64,000 nucleotides of DNA. Source: Eledone cirrhosa (lineage: Eukaryota). Made by a program: the position numbers and the translations under genes. Shown here piece after piece: positions 1 to 16,500 of the stretch. The stretch spans positions 42,842,001 to 42,906,000 of the forward strand of contig OZ024751.1 in assembly GCA_964016885.1 (NCBI GenBank). The letters run 5' to 3'. Under the pieces are notes generated by a model. The model had not been told where the DNA came from. It did not search any database and saw only the letters and a program-made list of their open reading frames with translations. The number at the start of each line of letters is the position of its first letter. The first letter of the stretch is position 1.

Positions 1-72
1 TATTGTTGTTGCTGTTGTTGTTGTTGTTGCTGTTACTATTGGTATAGATTTTGTTGTTGTTATTGTTGCTAC

Positions 73-103
<31 letters not shown>

Positions 104-158
104 CTTCTTCTTCTTTCTTCTTCTTCTTCTTCTTCTTCTTCTTCTTCTTCTTCTTCTT

Positions 159-189
<31 letters not shown>

Positions 190-454
190 TGGATTATAGT
201 CTATCTCATATTTTTCTATCAAACTCGGGGGGAGGATCAATTTCTGTATCGAAATTGCAAATATTGATCACCCCCACCACCTACCACCCCCACCCCACCA
301 CCACCACCACCATCACCACCACCACCACCACCACCACCACTATCACCACCACCACCACCAAGTCTATCTCAAAACATCGAGGATCCCACTCTGGTTCCTA
401 TATTTCCTACGAAGGTATTTTATCGTCTTCTTTCTTATTCACGTTTGTTGTCCG

Positions 455-989
455 TCATTACTATCCACCATTACTAACCGCCATTACTAACCGCCATTAC
501 TATCCGTCATTACTATCCACCATTACTAACCGCCATTACTATCCACCATTACTATCCGCCATTACTATCCACCATTACTAACCGCCATTACTAACCGCCA
601 TTACTATCCGTCATTACTATCCACCTTTACTAAACGCCATTACTATCCGCCATTACTATCCACCATTACTAACCGCCATTACTAACCGCCATTACTATCC
701 GCCATTACTAACCGCCATTACTAACCGCCATTACTAACCGCCATTACTATCCGCCATTACTATCCACCATTACTATCCACCATTACTAACTGCCACTACT
801 ATCCGCCATTACTATCCGCCATTACTATCCGCCATTACTATCCACCATTACTAAACGCCATTACTAACCGCCATTACTATCCGCCATTACTAACCGCCAT
901 TACTATCCGCCATTACTATCCACCATTACTAACCGCCATTACTATCCACCATTACTATCCGCCATTACTATCCGCCATTACTAACCGCC
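455..989. repeat. 13-bp minisatellite (CCATTACTATCCG / CCATTACTAACCG variants), ~41 units
   Basis: Direct tandem periodicity seen in sequence. Confidence 0.95.
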
Positions 990-1040
990 ATCATTGTCTT
1001 CGTTATAGTGATTCGGTGTTTTCTTTGAATATATTCCACA

Positions 1041-1155
<115 letters not shown>

Positions 1156-1479
1156 TCTTTGTCTCTCTCTTTCTCTCTCTTTAACTATCTCTCTCTCTCT
1201 CGCACTCTGTCTCCCACTCTTTGTCACTATTTCTCTCTCTCTCTATCTCTAACACTCTCTCCCACTCACTATTTCTCTCTCACTCTCTCTCTCTAACTGT
1301 CTCACATTCACTCTAACTCTCTCTCATAGACACACACACAAACATAAACACAATCCTACGCACACCAATGCACACTCACAAACACACTCACAAACACACT
1401 CACAAACACACTCACAAACACTCACATACTCACTCACAAACACACTCACAAACATACTCACAAACACACTCACAAACAC

Positions 1480-4152
1480 ACACCAACACAGTCACATACA
1501 CACACCAACACAGCCACATACACACTGACAAACAGCCACATACACACTGACAAACAGCCACATACACACTGACAAACAGCCACATACACACACCAACACA
1601 GCCAAATACACACACCAACACAGCCAAATACACACACCAACACAGCCAAATAAAACACTGGACAAACAGCCACATACACACTGACAAACAGCCACATACA
1701 CACACCAACACAGCCAAATACACACACCCAACACAGCCAAATACACACACCAACACAGCCAAATAAAACACTGACAAACAGCCACATACACACTGACAAA
1801 CAGTCACATACACACACCAACACAGCCACATACACACACCAACACAGCCACATACACACTGACAAACAGTCACATACACACACCAACACAGCCAAATACA
1901 CACACCAACACAGCCAAATACACACACCAACACAGCCAAATAAAACACTGACAAACAGCCAAATACACACACCAACACAGCCAAATACACACACCAACAC
2001 AGCCACATACACACACCAACACAGCCACATACACACACCAACACAGCCACATACACACTGACAAACAGTCACATACACACACCAACACAGCCAAATACAC
2101 ACACCAACACAGCCAAATACACACACCAACACAGCCACATACACACACCAACACAGCCAAATACACACACCAACACAGCCAAATACACACACCAACACAG
2201 CCAAATACACACACCAACACAGCCACATACACACACCAACACAGCCACATACACACTGACAAACAGTCACATACACACACCAACACAGCCACATACACAC
2301 ACCAACACAGCCACATACACACACCAACACAGCCAAATACACACACCAACACAGCCAAATACACACACCAACACAGCCACATACACACACCAACACAGCC
2401 AAATACACACACCAACACAGCCAAATACACACACCAACACAGCCAAATACACACACCAACACAGCCACATACACACACCAACACAGCCACATACACACTG
2501 ACAAACAGTCACATACACACACCAACACAGCCACATACACACACCAACACAGCCAAATACACACACCAACACAGCCAAATACACACACCAACACAGCCAC
2601 ATACACACACCAACACAGCCACATACACACACCAACACAGCCACATACACACTGACAAACAGTCACATACACACACCAACACAGCCAAATACACACACCA
2701 ACACAGCCACATACACACACCAACACAGCCACATACACACACCAACACAGCCAAATACACACACCAACACAGTCACATACACACACCAACACAGCCACAT
2801 ACACACTGACAAACAGTCACATACACACACCAACACAGCCACATACACACACCAACACAGCAAATACACACACCAACACAGCCAAATACACACACCAACA
2901 CAGCCACATACACACACACCAACACAGCCACATACACACACCAACACAGCCACATACACACTGACAAAACAGTCACATACACACACCAACACAGCCAAAT
3001 ACACACACCAACACAGCCACATACACACACCAACACAGCCACATACACACACCAACACAGCCAAATACACACACCAACACAGTCACATACACACACCAAC
3101 ACAGCCACATACACACTGACAAACAGTCACATACACACACCAACACAGCCAAATACACACACCAACACAGCCACATACACACACCAACACAGCCACATAC
3201 ACACACCAACACAGCCAAATACACACACCAACACAGCCACATACACACACCAACACAGTCACATACACACACCAACACAGCCACATACACACTGACAAAC
3301 AGTCACATACACACACCAACACAGCCAAATACACACACCAACACAGCCACATACACACACCAACACAGCCACATACACACACCAACACAGCCAAATACAC
3401 ACACCAACACAGCCACATACACACACCAACACAGTCACATACACACACCAACACAGCCACATACACACCTGACAAACAGTCACATACACACTGACAAACA
3501 GCCACATACACACTGACAAACAGTCACATACACACACCAACACAGCCACATACACACCAACACAGTCACATACACACTGACAAACAGTCACATACACACA
3601 CCAACACAGCCAAATACACACACCAACACAGCCACAATACACACACCAACACAGCCACATACACACACCAACACAGCCACATACACACTGACAAACAGTC
3701 ACATACACACTGACAAACAGCCACATACACACTGACAAACAGTCACATACACACACCAACACAGCCACATACACACCAACACAGCCACATACACACTGAC
3801 AAACAGTCACATACACACACCAACACAGCCAAATACACACACCAACACAGCCAAATACACACACCAACACAGCCACATACACACTGACAAACAGTCACAT
3901 ACACACACCAACACAGCCACATACACACACCAACACAGCCACATACACACACCAACACAGCCACATACACACTGACATACAGTCACATACACACACCAAC
4001 ACAGCCACATACACACACCAACACAGCCACATACACACTGACAAACAGTCACATACACACACCAACACAGCCACATACACACACCAACACAGCCACATAC
4101 ACACACCAACACAGCCACATACACACTGACAAACAGTCACATACACACACCA
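1480..4152. repeat. 22-bp CA-rich minisatellite (ACACACCAACACAGCCACATAC; variants CCAAAT, GTCACAT, CTGACAAAC), ~120 units
   Basis: Tandem periodicity; the overlapping '[10 protein letters not shown]' ORFs are its frame-cycling translations. Confidence 0.97.
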
Positions 4153-4271
4153 ATCACACAGAATCCATAAAAATGTTGAAAAAATTCCTCCCCTCGTTGT
4201 TGAAAACCTTTTTCTATTATTATTGTTCTGGCTCTGATGATGTTATCATCATCACCATCATCATCACCATT

Positions 4272-4302
<31 letters not shown>

Positions 4303-4459
4303 CCATCATCTCCACCACCTCCAGCATCACTATCATCATCATCTTCATAGTCAACAACATCTGTACCATCCTCATCGACATCAATTGCCACATCATACAT
4401 ATATATATATATATATATACATACATACACACGCACATATATATATATATGTATATATG

Positions 4460-4528
<69 letters not shown>

Positions 4529-4569
4529 TATATTATATATTATATATATATATACATACATATATACAT

Positions 4570-4631
<62 letters not shown>

Positions 4632-4640
4632 TATATATAC

Positions 4641-4701
<61 letters not shown>

Positions 4702-4750
4702 TACATATATATATATACATACATATATACATATATATATATAATCTATA

Positions 4751-4800
<50 letters not shown>

Positions 4801-4821
4801 CATATACACATATATACATAT

Positions 4822-4908
<87 letters not shown>

Positions 4909-5236
4909 CATTTAGCTCCTTTTTTCCCCTAAACTTACACTTCAATACAGTTATTTCTTCCTTGAAACGTATTAAAAAAAAAAGCTCCACACAATTTTCC
5001 AAAGCTCCCGAGAGTGAGATAGGATCTCTTGTGCTATTATCTGAGAAAATGGTGTTAGAGAGACAAAAACGCCAAAAAACAGGGACTTTATCTCAAAAGT
5101 CTTATCTCAAGTAATTTTCTCAAAACTTCCAGCATATAGAATCTACCACACACATTCTCTTCTATCTCGCTCTTTCTCTTTCTCTCTCTAAGTCTCTCTC
5201 TCTCTCTCTCTCCCCCCCTCTCTCTCTCTCTCTCTC

Positions 5237-5289
<53 letters not shown>

Positions 5290-5298
5290 GTGTATGTG

Positions 5299-5337
<39 letters not shown>

Positions 5338-5601
5338 TTCTCCCTCTCTCCCGCTGTTTCTCATTCGATCTCTCTCTCTCTCTCTGTATATATATGTATA
5401 TATATATATATATATATTTCTCCCCTCTCTCCCGCTGTTTCTCATTCGATATCTTTCTCTCTCTCTCTCTCTCTCGCTCTATCTCTCTGTATATATATAT
5501 ATATGTGTATATATATATATATATGTGTATGTGTGCATATATATATGTATATATATATATATATATATTTCTCCGTCTCTCCCTCTGTTTCTCATTCTAT
5601 A

Positions 5602-5682
<81 letters not shown>

Positions 5683-5750
5683 CTCTCTCCCTTAAAGGAT
5701 CTTTATTAGTTTTCGTTGTTGTTTTGTTTATGAGGCACATATAAGCACTG

Positions 5751-5824
<74 letters not shown>

Positions 5825-6119
5825 ACGTCAATTCTTCTTTTTCGCTTCCTATCCCCCCCTCCCTCTTCTCACCCCTCTCTCTCTCTCTTTCGCCCACACA
5901 CACACGTTCACGTATACACATGCATACGTACGCACATACGAACACAAACATACACAAACATATATACGCATACATATATCACCTAGATACACACGTACAC
6001 ATACATACACTCCTTTCTGGAAAACATCGGTGTTGGTCGAACCTGGTTAGCAATGGCTTACGTTAGGTTTAAATGTCATAACGGCGCTCTTCCGGTTTTA
6101 GCAGAAATACAGGGATCAA

Positions 6120-6660
6120 TGGTGATGATGATGACTGTAGTGATGGCTATGATAGCGATGATGATGATAATGTTGATGATGATGATGATGATGATGATGG
6201 TAGTTGTGGTGATGGTAGTTGTGGTGATGGTGGTGATGATGGTGGTGATGATGATGATGGTAGTTGTGGTGATGATGATGATGATGGTGGTGGTGATAAT
6301 GATGGTGGTGGTAGTGATGATGGTAGTTGTGGTTGTAGTGATGGTGATGGTGGTGATGATGATGATGGCGGTGGTGATGATGGTGATGGTGGTAGTGATG
6401 ATGGTAGTTGTGGTTGTAGTGATGGTGATGGTGGTGATGATGATGATGTTAGTGATGACGGTAGTTGTGGTGATGATGGTGATGATGGTGATGATGATGG
6501 TGGTGATAATGATGATGGTAGTTGTGCTTGTAGTGATGGTGATGGTGGTGATGGTGGTTGTGGTGATGGTGATGTTGATGATAACGATGGTAATTATAAT
6601 GATGATGATGATGATGGTGGTAATGATGATGGTGTTGTTGATGATAATGGAGATGATGGT
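6120..6660. repeat. Degenerate (GAT/GGT)n trinucleotide tract
   Basis: Seen in sequence. Confidence 0.9.
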
Positions 6661-7053
6661 CGCGGACGTGGTCTGATGATGATGATGATATAATATATAT
6701 GGTAATATAACATGTATGAGATACGCTAAAATATAATATATATATATATACAAAATATGCTATGATATAATATATATGAGATATGATGTGACATAATAAA
6801 AACCGCTGTTCAGATCTCCCTGTTGAAACAGCCGGAGTTCAGCCGCGGAGGTCCTGAAATGTTCGGCCTTTTGATCGATAAAAGGCCTTGGGCGCGCCGC
6901 TGATCGATTTTAGATGTCCTGTATTAAGCGCCGAAACATCTATAATCTCGGTTTACAGCTGATGAAGGATTTTTTCTCTTGTTTCGTCCATACTACCATC
7001 CTAAACTTTCTTTACAGTAACTACACAGTTCATTTCGTTTCTTATATATATTT

Positions 7054-7163
7054 TTATTAAAATAACAGATTAAATATTTGCTCTACGGTTCTTATATATT
7101 TGATATATATTTATCCATATCGAGCTCTCTTTGGATTTTAGTCTTGAAATTTATTATTATTAA
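7054..7163 (+). mobile_element. 3' end of a TA-anchored element homologous to 42708-42816 (reverse complement), with a small inverted junction piece
   Basis: AAATATTTGCTCTACGGTTCTTATATATTT...TTTGGATTTTAGTCTT matches the reverse complement of 42710-42800; TATTAAAATAACAGATT at its left end is in the opposite orientation. Confidence 0.7.
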
Positions 7164-7182
7164 TATATATATATATATATAT

Positions 7183-7371
7183 AACAAAGGAAATGTGGTA
7201 AGGAACCAGGTGGACCATAACGCACCAAAGTACTCAATACTTAGGGTAGTAGAGTGGGTAATAGGAACGAGTAGGACCCCGACGGCTGAGCTCAAGCCGT
7301 TTCGACGGCTAATTCAGTCCAGAATTAGCCGTCGAAACGGCTTGAGCTCAGCCGTCGGGGTCCTACTCGTT

Positions 7372-7376
<5 letters not shown>
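7183..7376. mobile_element. Family A TA-flanked asymmetric hairpin element carrying the 3' half of a hammerhead (PLE pLTR-like)
   Basis: Inverted arms 7261-7315/7322-7376; GAAA-CGGCT-tgagctc-AGCCG-TC stem III with GUC site; near-identical copies at 17631, 17982, 20296, 50161. Confidence 0.85.
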
Positions 7377-7439
<63 letters not shown>

Positions 7440-7534
7440 GTTGTTGTAGGATTGCAGGTAAATGCCGGTTGAGCACTCGATTATACTATTGTAAAGAAAG
7501 AGGAATCAGTATTTCATCAAACCACAATTTATTA

Positions 7535-7625
7535 ACATATTACATATGTTTCTTCGTTGACCAGCTCGAGGCAGGATCTGTTATAGATCGAACCCGACTC
7601 TGCATTCGAAGGGTCTTCAGATGTC
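7535..7625 (-). ncRNA. Type I hammerhead motif with long stem II, in an element ending at the TA run at ~7439
   Basis: Minus strand: acat-CTGAAGA-(~60 nt)-GAAA-CATATG-TA; palindromic loop III; stems I and II imperfect. Confidence 0.65.
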
Positions 7626-7658
7626 TTGTGTGTTATGTATTATTATAATATATATAAT

Positions 7659-8052
<394 letters not shown>

Positions 8053-8117
8053 TAGCAGGTTCTGTGAACTTTTTAAAATTTATTTTAAAACTTCTTCTCA
8101 TTTGCTAAACCTTGATG

Positions 8118-8159
<42 letters not shown>

Positions 8160-8216
8160 TATATAATGCATAATATATATAATACATAATATATAAATTA
8201 ATAAATAATGTTCAAA

Positions 8217-8290
<74 letters not shown>

Positions 8291-8530
8291 GTGTTAGGTT
8301 TGTTTAGATAAAGGTGGATGTATTTAAAATGGAATTAGAAAAAGAAAATTGGTAAAACAAGTGTCTAAGACACCTACATTGTAGATTCATTGTTTCAATT
8401 TGATGAAGACTTTAGAAAGTGAGTGAGTTATGTTGTGAATACAGAATGGCGGAATATGGTGAAAAAGATATGTCGGATAATTAAGTTTACTTTTACATTT
8501 TGTTTTTTGTCTCTTCAGGAAGGAATTTAT

Positions 8531-9070
8531 ATTATCACCATCATCATCAACATCATCATCATCATCATCATCATCATCAACATCATCATCGTTATCATCA
8601 TCATCATCATCATCGTTATCATCATCATCATCATCATCATCATCAACATCATCATTGTTATCATCATCATCATCGTTATCATCATCATCATCATCGTTAT
8701 CTTCAACATCATCGTCATCTTCTTCATCATCGTCATCATCATCAACATCATCATCATCATCATCATCATCATCGTTATCATCATCATCATCATCATCATC
8801 ATCAACATCATCGTTATCATCATCATCATCGTCATCTTCTTCATCATCATCAACATCATCATCATCATCATCGTTATCATCATCATCATCATTGTTATCA
8901 TCATCAGCATCGTTATCATCATCATCATCATCGTTATCATCAACATCATCGTTATCTTCTTCATCATCTTCATCATCATTATCATCATCATCATCATCAT
9001 CATCATCATCTTCATCATCATTATCATCATCACCACCAACATCATCATCATCATCATCATCATCATCATT
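8531..9070. repeat. Degenerate (CAT)n tract
   Basis: Seen in sequence. Confidence 0.92.
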
Positions 9071-9150
9071 ATTGCTATTGTTGTTGTTGTTATTGTTATA
9101 AAGACATTGTTATTATAATAAAGAAATCATTATGATTATTATTATGTTTA

Positions 9151-9181
<31 letters not shown>

Positions 9182-9294
9182 AAGTATGTGTTAGCGAGTG
9201 TGTGTGTGAGTGCATGTGTATGTCAATTTATGTGTGTGAGAGAGTATGTGTATGTGCTAGTGTGTCTGTGTATGTGTGCGTCTGTGCATGTGTG

Positions 9295-9962
9295 TGTATA
9301 TGTTAGTGTGTGAATGTGTTAGTGTGTATGTATTAGTGTATGTATATGTTAGTGTGTGTATGTGTTAGTGTGTGTATGTGTTAGTGTGTGTATATATGTG
9401 TTAGTGTGTGTATGTGTTAGTGTGTGTATGTGTTAGTGTGTGTATGTGTTAGTGTGTGTATGTGTTAGTGTGTGTATGTGTGTGTATGTATGTGTTAGTG
9501 TGTGTATGTATTAGTGTACGTATATGTTAGTGTGTGTATGTATTAGTGTACGTATATGTTAGTGTGTGTATGTGTTAGTCTGTGTATGTGTGTATATATG
9601 TTAGTGTGTGAATGTGTTAGTGTGTGTATGTATATGTTAGTGTGTGTATGTGTTAGTGTGTGTATGTGTGTGTGTGTGTATGTGTGTGTGTGTGTATGTA
9701 TGTGTTAGTTTGGTTATGTGTGTGTGTATGTATGTATTAGTGTATCTATGTGTTAGTGTGTGTATGTATTAGTGTATGTATATGTTAGTGTGTGTATGTA
9801 TTAGTGTATGTATATGTTACTGTGTGTATGTGTTAGTGTGTGTATGTGTGTGTATATGTTAATGTGTGAATGTGTTAGTGTGTGTATGTATTAGTGTATG
9901 TATATGTTAGTGTGTGTATGTGTTAGTGTGTGTATGTGTTAGTGTATGTGTTAGTGTGTGTG
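9295..9962. repeat. ~16-bp TG-derived minisatellite (TGTGTGTATGTGTTAG)
   Basis: Seen in sequence. Confidence 0.85.
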
Positions 9963-10253
9963 TCAATACGAACATTCCCATTGAATCTTCCATCTTTTGT
10001 TTCCGGATACGAACACGACACAATGGAGGAGGTTTTATTAAGAGATTCTTTATAAAGAATTATATATATTTACTCAAAGTTCAAGTATTATTTCACCTGC
10101 ACGTAACATGGAAAAATAGGAAATTCTTGTTGCTTTTGCTACTACCATTGTTGTCCTTGTTGTTGTTACTGTTATTAAAGTTGTTGTTACTGTTATTAAC
10201 GTTCTTGTCATTGTTATTGCTATTGTTATTACTGTTGTTGTAATTATTGTTAC

Positions 10254-10284
<31 letters not shown>

Positions 10285-10373
10285 GATAAAGTGCGTTTTC
10301 TTTTATTTTCATTCTTTTTTCTCAAATTGCTAATGTTAAATTTTCATAGGGTGCATTATATTTATTCACTATG

Positions 10374-10430
<57 letters not shown>

Positions 10431-10432
10431 CG

Positions 10433-10477
<45 letters not shown>

Positions 10478-10482
10478 ATATT

Positions 10483-10516
<34 letters not shown>

Positions 10517-10579
10517 CGTATTTATATATATATATATATATATATAAATATATATATATATATCTATGCATATATATAT

Positions 10580-10647
<68 letters not shown>

Positions 10648-10653
10648 CGTATG

Positions 10654-10686
<33 letters not shown>

Positions 10687-10863
10687 CATGCATATATATA
10701 TATACATACGTATATATATATATATTCATTTATTATAGCTAAGTAATGAGTCTTCTTTTTCTAGAGTTTCACCTGCGCACTTATTCCAGAGTAACAAGAT
10801 TCGCCATCTAGCTATATATAATATAATATAAATAATATAATATAATATAAATAATATAATATA

Positions 10864-11040
10864 ATAGTTTCTACTTCAGGCACAAGGCCAGCAATTACCC
10901 AGTGCATTACTGGTACTTTATTTTATCGACCCCGTAAGGATGAAAGGCAAAGTCAACCTCGGCGGGATTTGAACTCAGATCGTAAAGGGACGTAACTATG
11001 CTGGAAAGCATGGCGTCCGACCCTCTACCGATACCGCCCT
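10864..11040 (-). mobile_element. SINE copy (same family as 7659)
   Basis: Reverse complement of the SINE core and head. Confidence 0.85.
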
Positions 11041-11105
11041 TAATAATATAATATAATATAATATAATATAATATAATATATATAATATATATATATATAT
11101 GTATA

Positions 11106-11237
<132 letters not shown>

Positions 11238-11614
11238 ACATGTCTTTGTGTGAGTCTTTCGGTCTGTATGTATATATGTAAGTGTGAATGTATGCGTGTG
11301 TGTGTGTACGTGAGATGAGGAGGTCGCGATAATGAGTTGTGATACCCTTCCTTACAGATGTATATATGAAAGAGAACAAGTACAGAGTAATATAGACAAC
11401 ACAATAACTATTGTATATTTTAAACAATCCTTAGAAAGAGATTGAGTAATACTTAAATTTCTATACCTACAATAATATACACCATTGTCTTCTAGAATCT
11501 TATATATTACATAAAAATATGTTGTATATATCATATAATTGAATATATTGTAAAATTACTGAAAAATATATTTCGAGTGGTGCATAATTGATTCTAATGT
11601 TACATTAACATATA

Positions 11615-14600
11615 TACACATACTCAAAAACAGGAGTACGCATGGATATATATATATACAACGAACATACATACACAGACGCAAAAACTGAAGTTCGCAT
11701 TGATATATATGCAACGAACATACATACACAGACTCAAAACAGAAGTACGCATGGATATATATACAACGAACATACATACACAGACTCAAAAATTGAAGTA
11801 CGCATGGATATATATACAACGAACATACATACACAGACGCAAAAACAGAAGTACGCATGGATATATATACAACGAACATACATACACAGACGCAAAAACT
11901 GAAGTACGCATGGATATATATACAACGAACATACATACACAGACGCAAAACTGAAGTACGCATGGATATATATACAACGGACATACATACACAGACGCAA
12001 AACTGAAGTACGCATGGATATATATACAACGAACATACATACACAGACGCAAAACTGAAGTACGCATGGATATATATACAACGAACATACATACACAGAC
12101 TCAAAAACAGAAGTACGCATGGATATATATACACCGAACATACATACACATACTCAAAAACTGAAGTACGTATGGATATATATACAACGAACATACATAC
12201 ACATACGCAAAAACTGAAGTACGCATGGATATATATACAACGAACATACATACACAGACGCAAAAACAGAAGTACGCATGGATATATATACAACGAACAT
12301 ACATACACATACTCAAAAACTGAAGTACGCATGGATATATATACAACGAACATACATACACTGACGCAAAAACTGAAGTACGCATGGATATATATACAAC
12401 GAACATACATACACATACTCAAAAACTGAAGTACGCATGGATATATATACAACGAACATACATACACTGACGCAAAAACTGAAGTACGCATGGATATATA
12501 TACAACGAACATACATACACAGACTCAGAAACTGAAGTACGCATGGATATATATACAACGAACATACATACACAGACGCAAAACAGAAGTACGCATGGAT
12601 ATATATACAACGAACATACATACACAGACGCAAAAACAGAAGTACGCACGGATATATATACAACGAACATACATACACAGACTCAGAAACTGAAGTACGC
12701 ATGGATATATATACAACGAACATACATACACAGACGCAAAACTGAAGTACGCATGGATATATATACAACGAACATACATACACAGACTCAGAAACTGAAG
12801 TACGCATGGATATATATACAACGAACATACATACACAGACGCAAAACTGAAGTACGCATGGATATATATACAACGAACATACATACACAGACGCAAAACT
12901 GAAGTACGCATGGATATATATACAACGAACATACATACACACGCAAAAACAGAAGTACGCATGGATATATACACAACGAACATACATACACAGACGCAAA
13001 ACTGAAGTACGCATGGATATATATACAACGAACATACATACACAGACGCAAAACTGAAGTACGCATGGATATATATACAACGAACATACATACACATACT
13101 CAAAAACAGGAGTACGCATGGATATATATATACAACGAACATACATACACAGACGCAAAAACTGAAGTTCGCATTGATATATATACAACGAACATACATA
13201 CACATACTCAAAAACTGAAGTTCGCATGGATATATATACAACGAACATACATACACAGACTCAAAACAGAAGTACGCATGGATATATATACAACGTACAT
13301 ACATACACAGACTCAAAAACTGAAGTACGCATGGATATATATACAACGAACATACATACACTGACGCAAAAACTGAAGTACGCATGGATATATATACAAC
13401 GAACATACATACACAGACTCAGAAACTGAAGTACGCATGGATATATATACAACGAACATACATACACAGACGCAAAACAGAAGTACGCATGGATATATAT
13501 ACAACGAACATACATACACAGACGCAAAACTGAAGTACGCATGGATATATATACAACGAACATACATACACAGACACAAAACTGAAGTACGCATGGATAT
13601 ATATACAACGAACATACATACACAGACGCAAAAACAGAAGTACGCATGGATATATATACAACGAACATACATACACATACGCAAAAACTGAAGTACGCAT
13701 TGATATATATACAACGAACATACATACACAGACTCAAAAACTGAAGTACGCATGGATATATATACAACGAACATACATACACATACTCAAAACTGAAGTA
13801 CGCATGGATATATATACAACGAACATACATACACAGACGCGAAACAGAAGTACGCATGGATATATATACAACGAACATACATACACAGACGCTAAACTGA
13901 AGTACGCATGGATATATATACAACGAACATACATACACTGACGCAAAACTGAAGTACGCATGGATATATATACAACGAACATACATACACAGACGCAAAA
14001 ACAGAAGTACGCATGGATATATATACAACGAACATACATACACATACGCAAAAACTGAAGTACGCATTGATATATATACAACGAACATACATACACAGAC
14101 TCAAAAACTGAAGTACGCATGGATATATATACAACGAACATACATACACATACTCAAAACTGAAGTACGCATGGATATATATACAACGAACATACATACA
14201 CAGACGCAAAACTGAAGTACGCATGGATATATATACAACGAACATACATACACGGACGCAAAACTGAAGTACGCATGGATATATATACAACGAACATACA
14301 TACACAGACGCAAAAGAGAAGTACGCATGGATATATATACAACGAACATACATACACAGACGCAAAAACTGAAGTACGCATCGATATATATACAACGAAC
14401 AAACATACACAGACTCAAAAACAGAAGTACGCATTGATATATATACAACGAACATACATACACAGACGCAAAAACTGGAGTACGCATGGATATATATACA
14501 ACGAGCATACATACACAGACGCAAAAACAGAAGTACGCATGGATATATATACAACGAACATACATACACATACTCAAAAACAGAAGTACGCATTGATATA

Positions 14601-16023
14601 TATACAACGAACATACATACACATACTCAAAAACTGAAGTACGCATGGATATATATATACAACGAACATACATACACAGACGCAAAAACTGGAGTACGCA
14701 TGGATATATATACAACGAACATACATACACAGACGCAAAAACTGGAGTACGCATGGATATATATACAACGAACATACATACACAGACGCAAAAACTGAAG
14801 TACGCATGGATATATATACAACGAACATACATACACAGACGCAAAAACAGAAGTACGCATGGATATATATACAACGAACATACATACACAGACGCAAAAA
14901 CTGGAGTACGCATGGATATATATACAACGAACATACATACACAGACGCAAAAACTGAAGTACGCATGGATATATATACAACGAACATACATACACAGACG
15001 CAAAAACTGGAGTACGCATGGATATATATACAACGAACATACATACACAGACGCAAAAACAGAAGTACGCATGGATATATATACAACGAACATACATACA
15101 CAGACGCAAAAACTGAAGTTCGCATTGATATATATACAACGAACATACATACACAGACTCAAAAACAGAAGTACGCATGGATATATACACAACGAACATA
15201 CATACACAGACGCAAAAACAGAAGTACGCATGGATATATATACAACGAACATACATACACATACTCAAAAACAGAAGTACGCATGGATATATATACAACG
15301 AACATACATACACACACTCAAAAACAGAAGTACGCATGGATATATATACAACGAACATACATACACACACTCAAAAACAGAAGTACGCATGGATATATAT
15401 ACAACGAACATACATACACACACTCAAAAACAGAAGTACGCATGGATATATATACAACGAACATACATACACACACTCAAAAACAGAAGTACGCATGGAT
15501 ATATATACAACGAACATACATACACACACTCAAAAACAGAAGTACGCATGGATATATATACAACGAACATACATACACAGACTCAAAAACAGAAGTACGC
15601 ATGGATATATATACAACGAACATACATACACACACTCAAAAACAGAAGTACGCATGGATATATATACAACGAACATACATACACATACTCAAAAACAGAA
15701 GTACGCATTGATATATATACAACGAACAAACATACACATACTCAAAAACTGAAGTACGCATGGATATATATACAACGAACATACATACACAGACGCAAAA
15801 ACAGAAGTACGCATGGATATATATACAACGAACATACATACACAGACTCAAAAACAGAAGTACGCATGGATATATATACAACGAACATACATACACACAC
15901 TCAAAAACAGAAGTACGCATGGATATATATACAACGAACATACATACACAGACTCAAAAACAGAAGTACGCATGGATATATATACAACGAACATACATAC
16001 ACATACTCAAAAACAGAAGTACG
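11615..16023. repeat. 53-bp (some 52-bp) minisatellite, ~83 units, consensus AAAACTGAAGTACGCATGGATATATATACAACGAACATACATACACAGACGCA
   Basis: Tandem periodicity, highly homogeneous units. Confidence 0.98.
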
Positions 16024-16099
16024 AATTCATGTAGGCACGCTTGAACATAGATACATGTGATACATGTGTTTATGTACATACAAGACTATATACACATAT

Positions 16100-16287
16100 A
16101 ATTGTTTCTACTTTTGGCACAAGGCAAGCAATTACCCCAGTGCATTACTGGTACTTTATTTTATCGACCCCCGTAAGGATGAAAGGCAAAGTTAACCTCG
16201 GCGGGATTTGAATCCGTACCATAAAGGGCCGTAACTCTTTGCTTCCAAGCATGGCGCCCGACCCTCTACCGATACTGCCAATTCACG
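16100..16287 (-). mobile_element. SINE copy
   Basis: Reverse complement of the SINE core and head. Confidence 0.85.
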
Positions 16288-16500
16288 TACAATCATGTAT
16301 TTATACACATATATATTTGTTTGTGTGTGCATCATATCCCACACGTTATCATCCTCATTTTCTTGGTTATTTCTTACGAATTAAACTACGTTAGTCTTGT
16401 ACAATTCATGTCTATACTAAAATGAATATTCCTACACTCTACAAACGTATTTATATGGGGTTTCGTCCATAATATATAAATATATATATATATATATATA

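Noticed and set aside
1430-4146. Long Cys/Val-rich ORFs up to 444 aa
   Set aside because: Translations of the 22-bp array, open in all three minus frames
6958-7025. CTGATGA-AGGAT...ATCCT-AAAC
   Set aside because: GAAA incomplete and no stem I or III support
7183-7376. Family A as a classical MITE
   Set aside because: Arms are asymmetric, the centre varies per copy, one-armed copies exist and it carries a half hammerhead
11556-16060. ORFs up to 471 aa, and a CRISPR-like regular repeat
   Set aside because: 53-bp tandem array with no unique spacers; eukaryotic context; no cas genes
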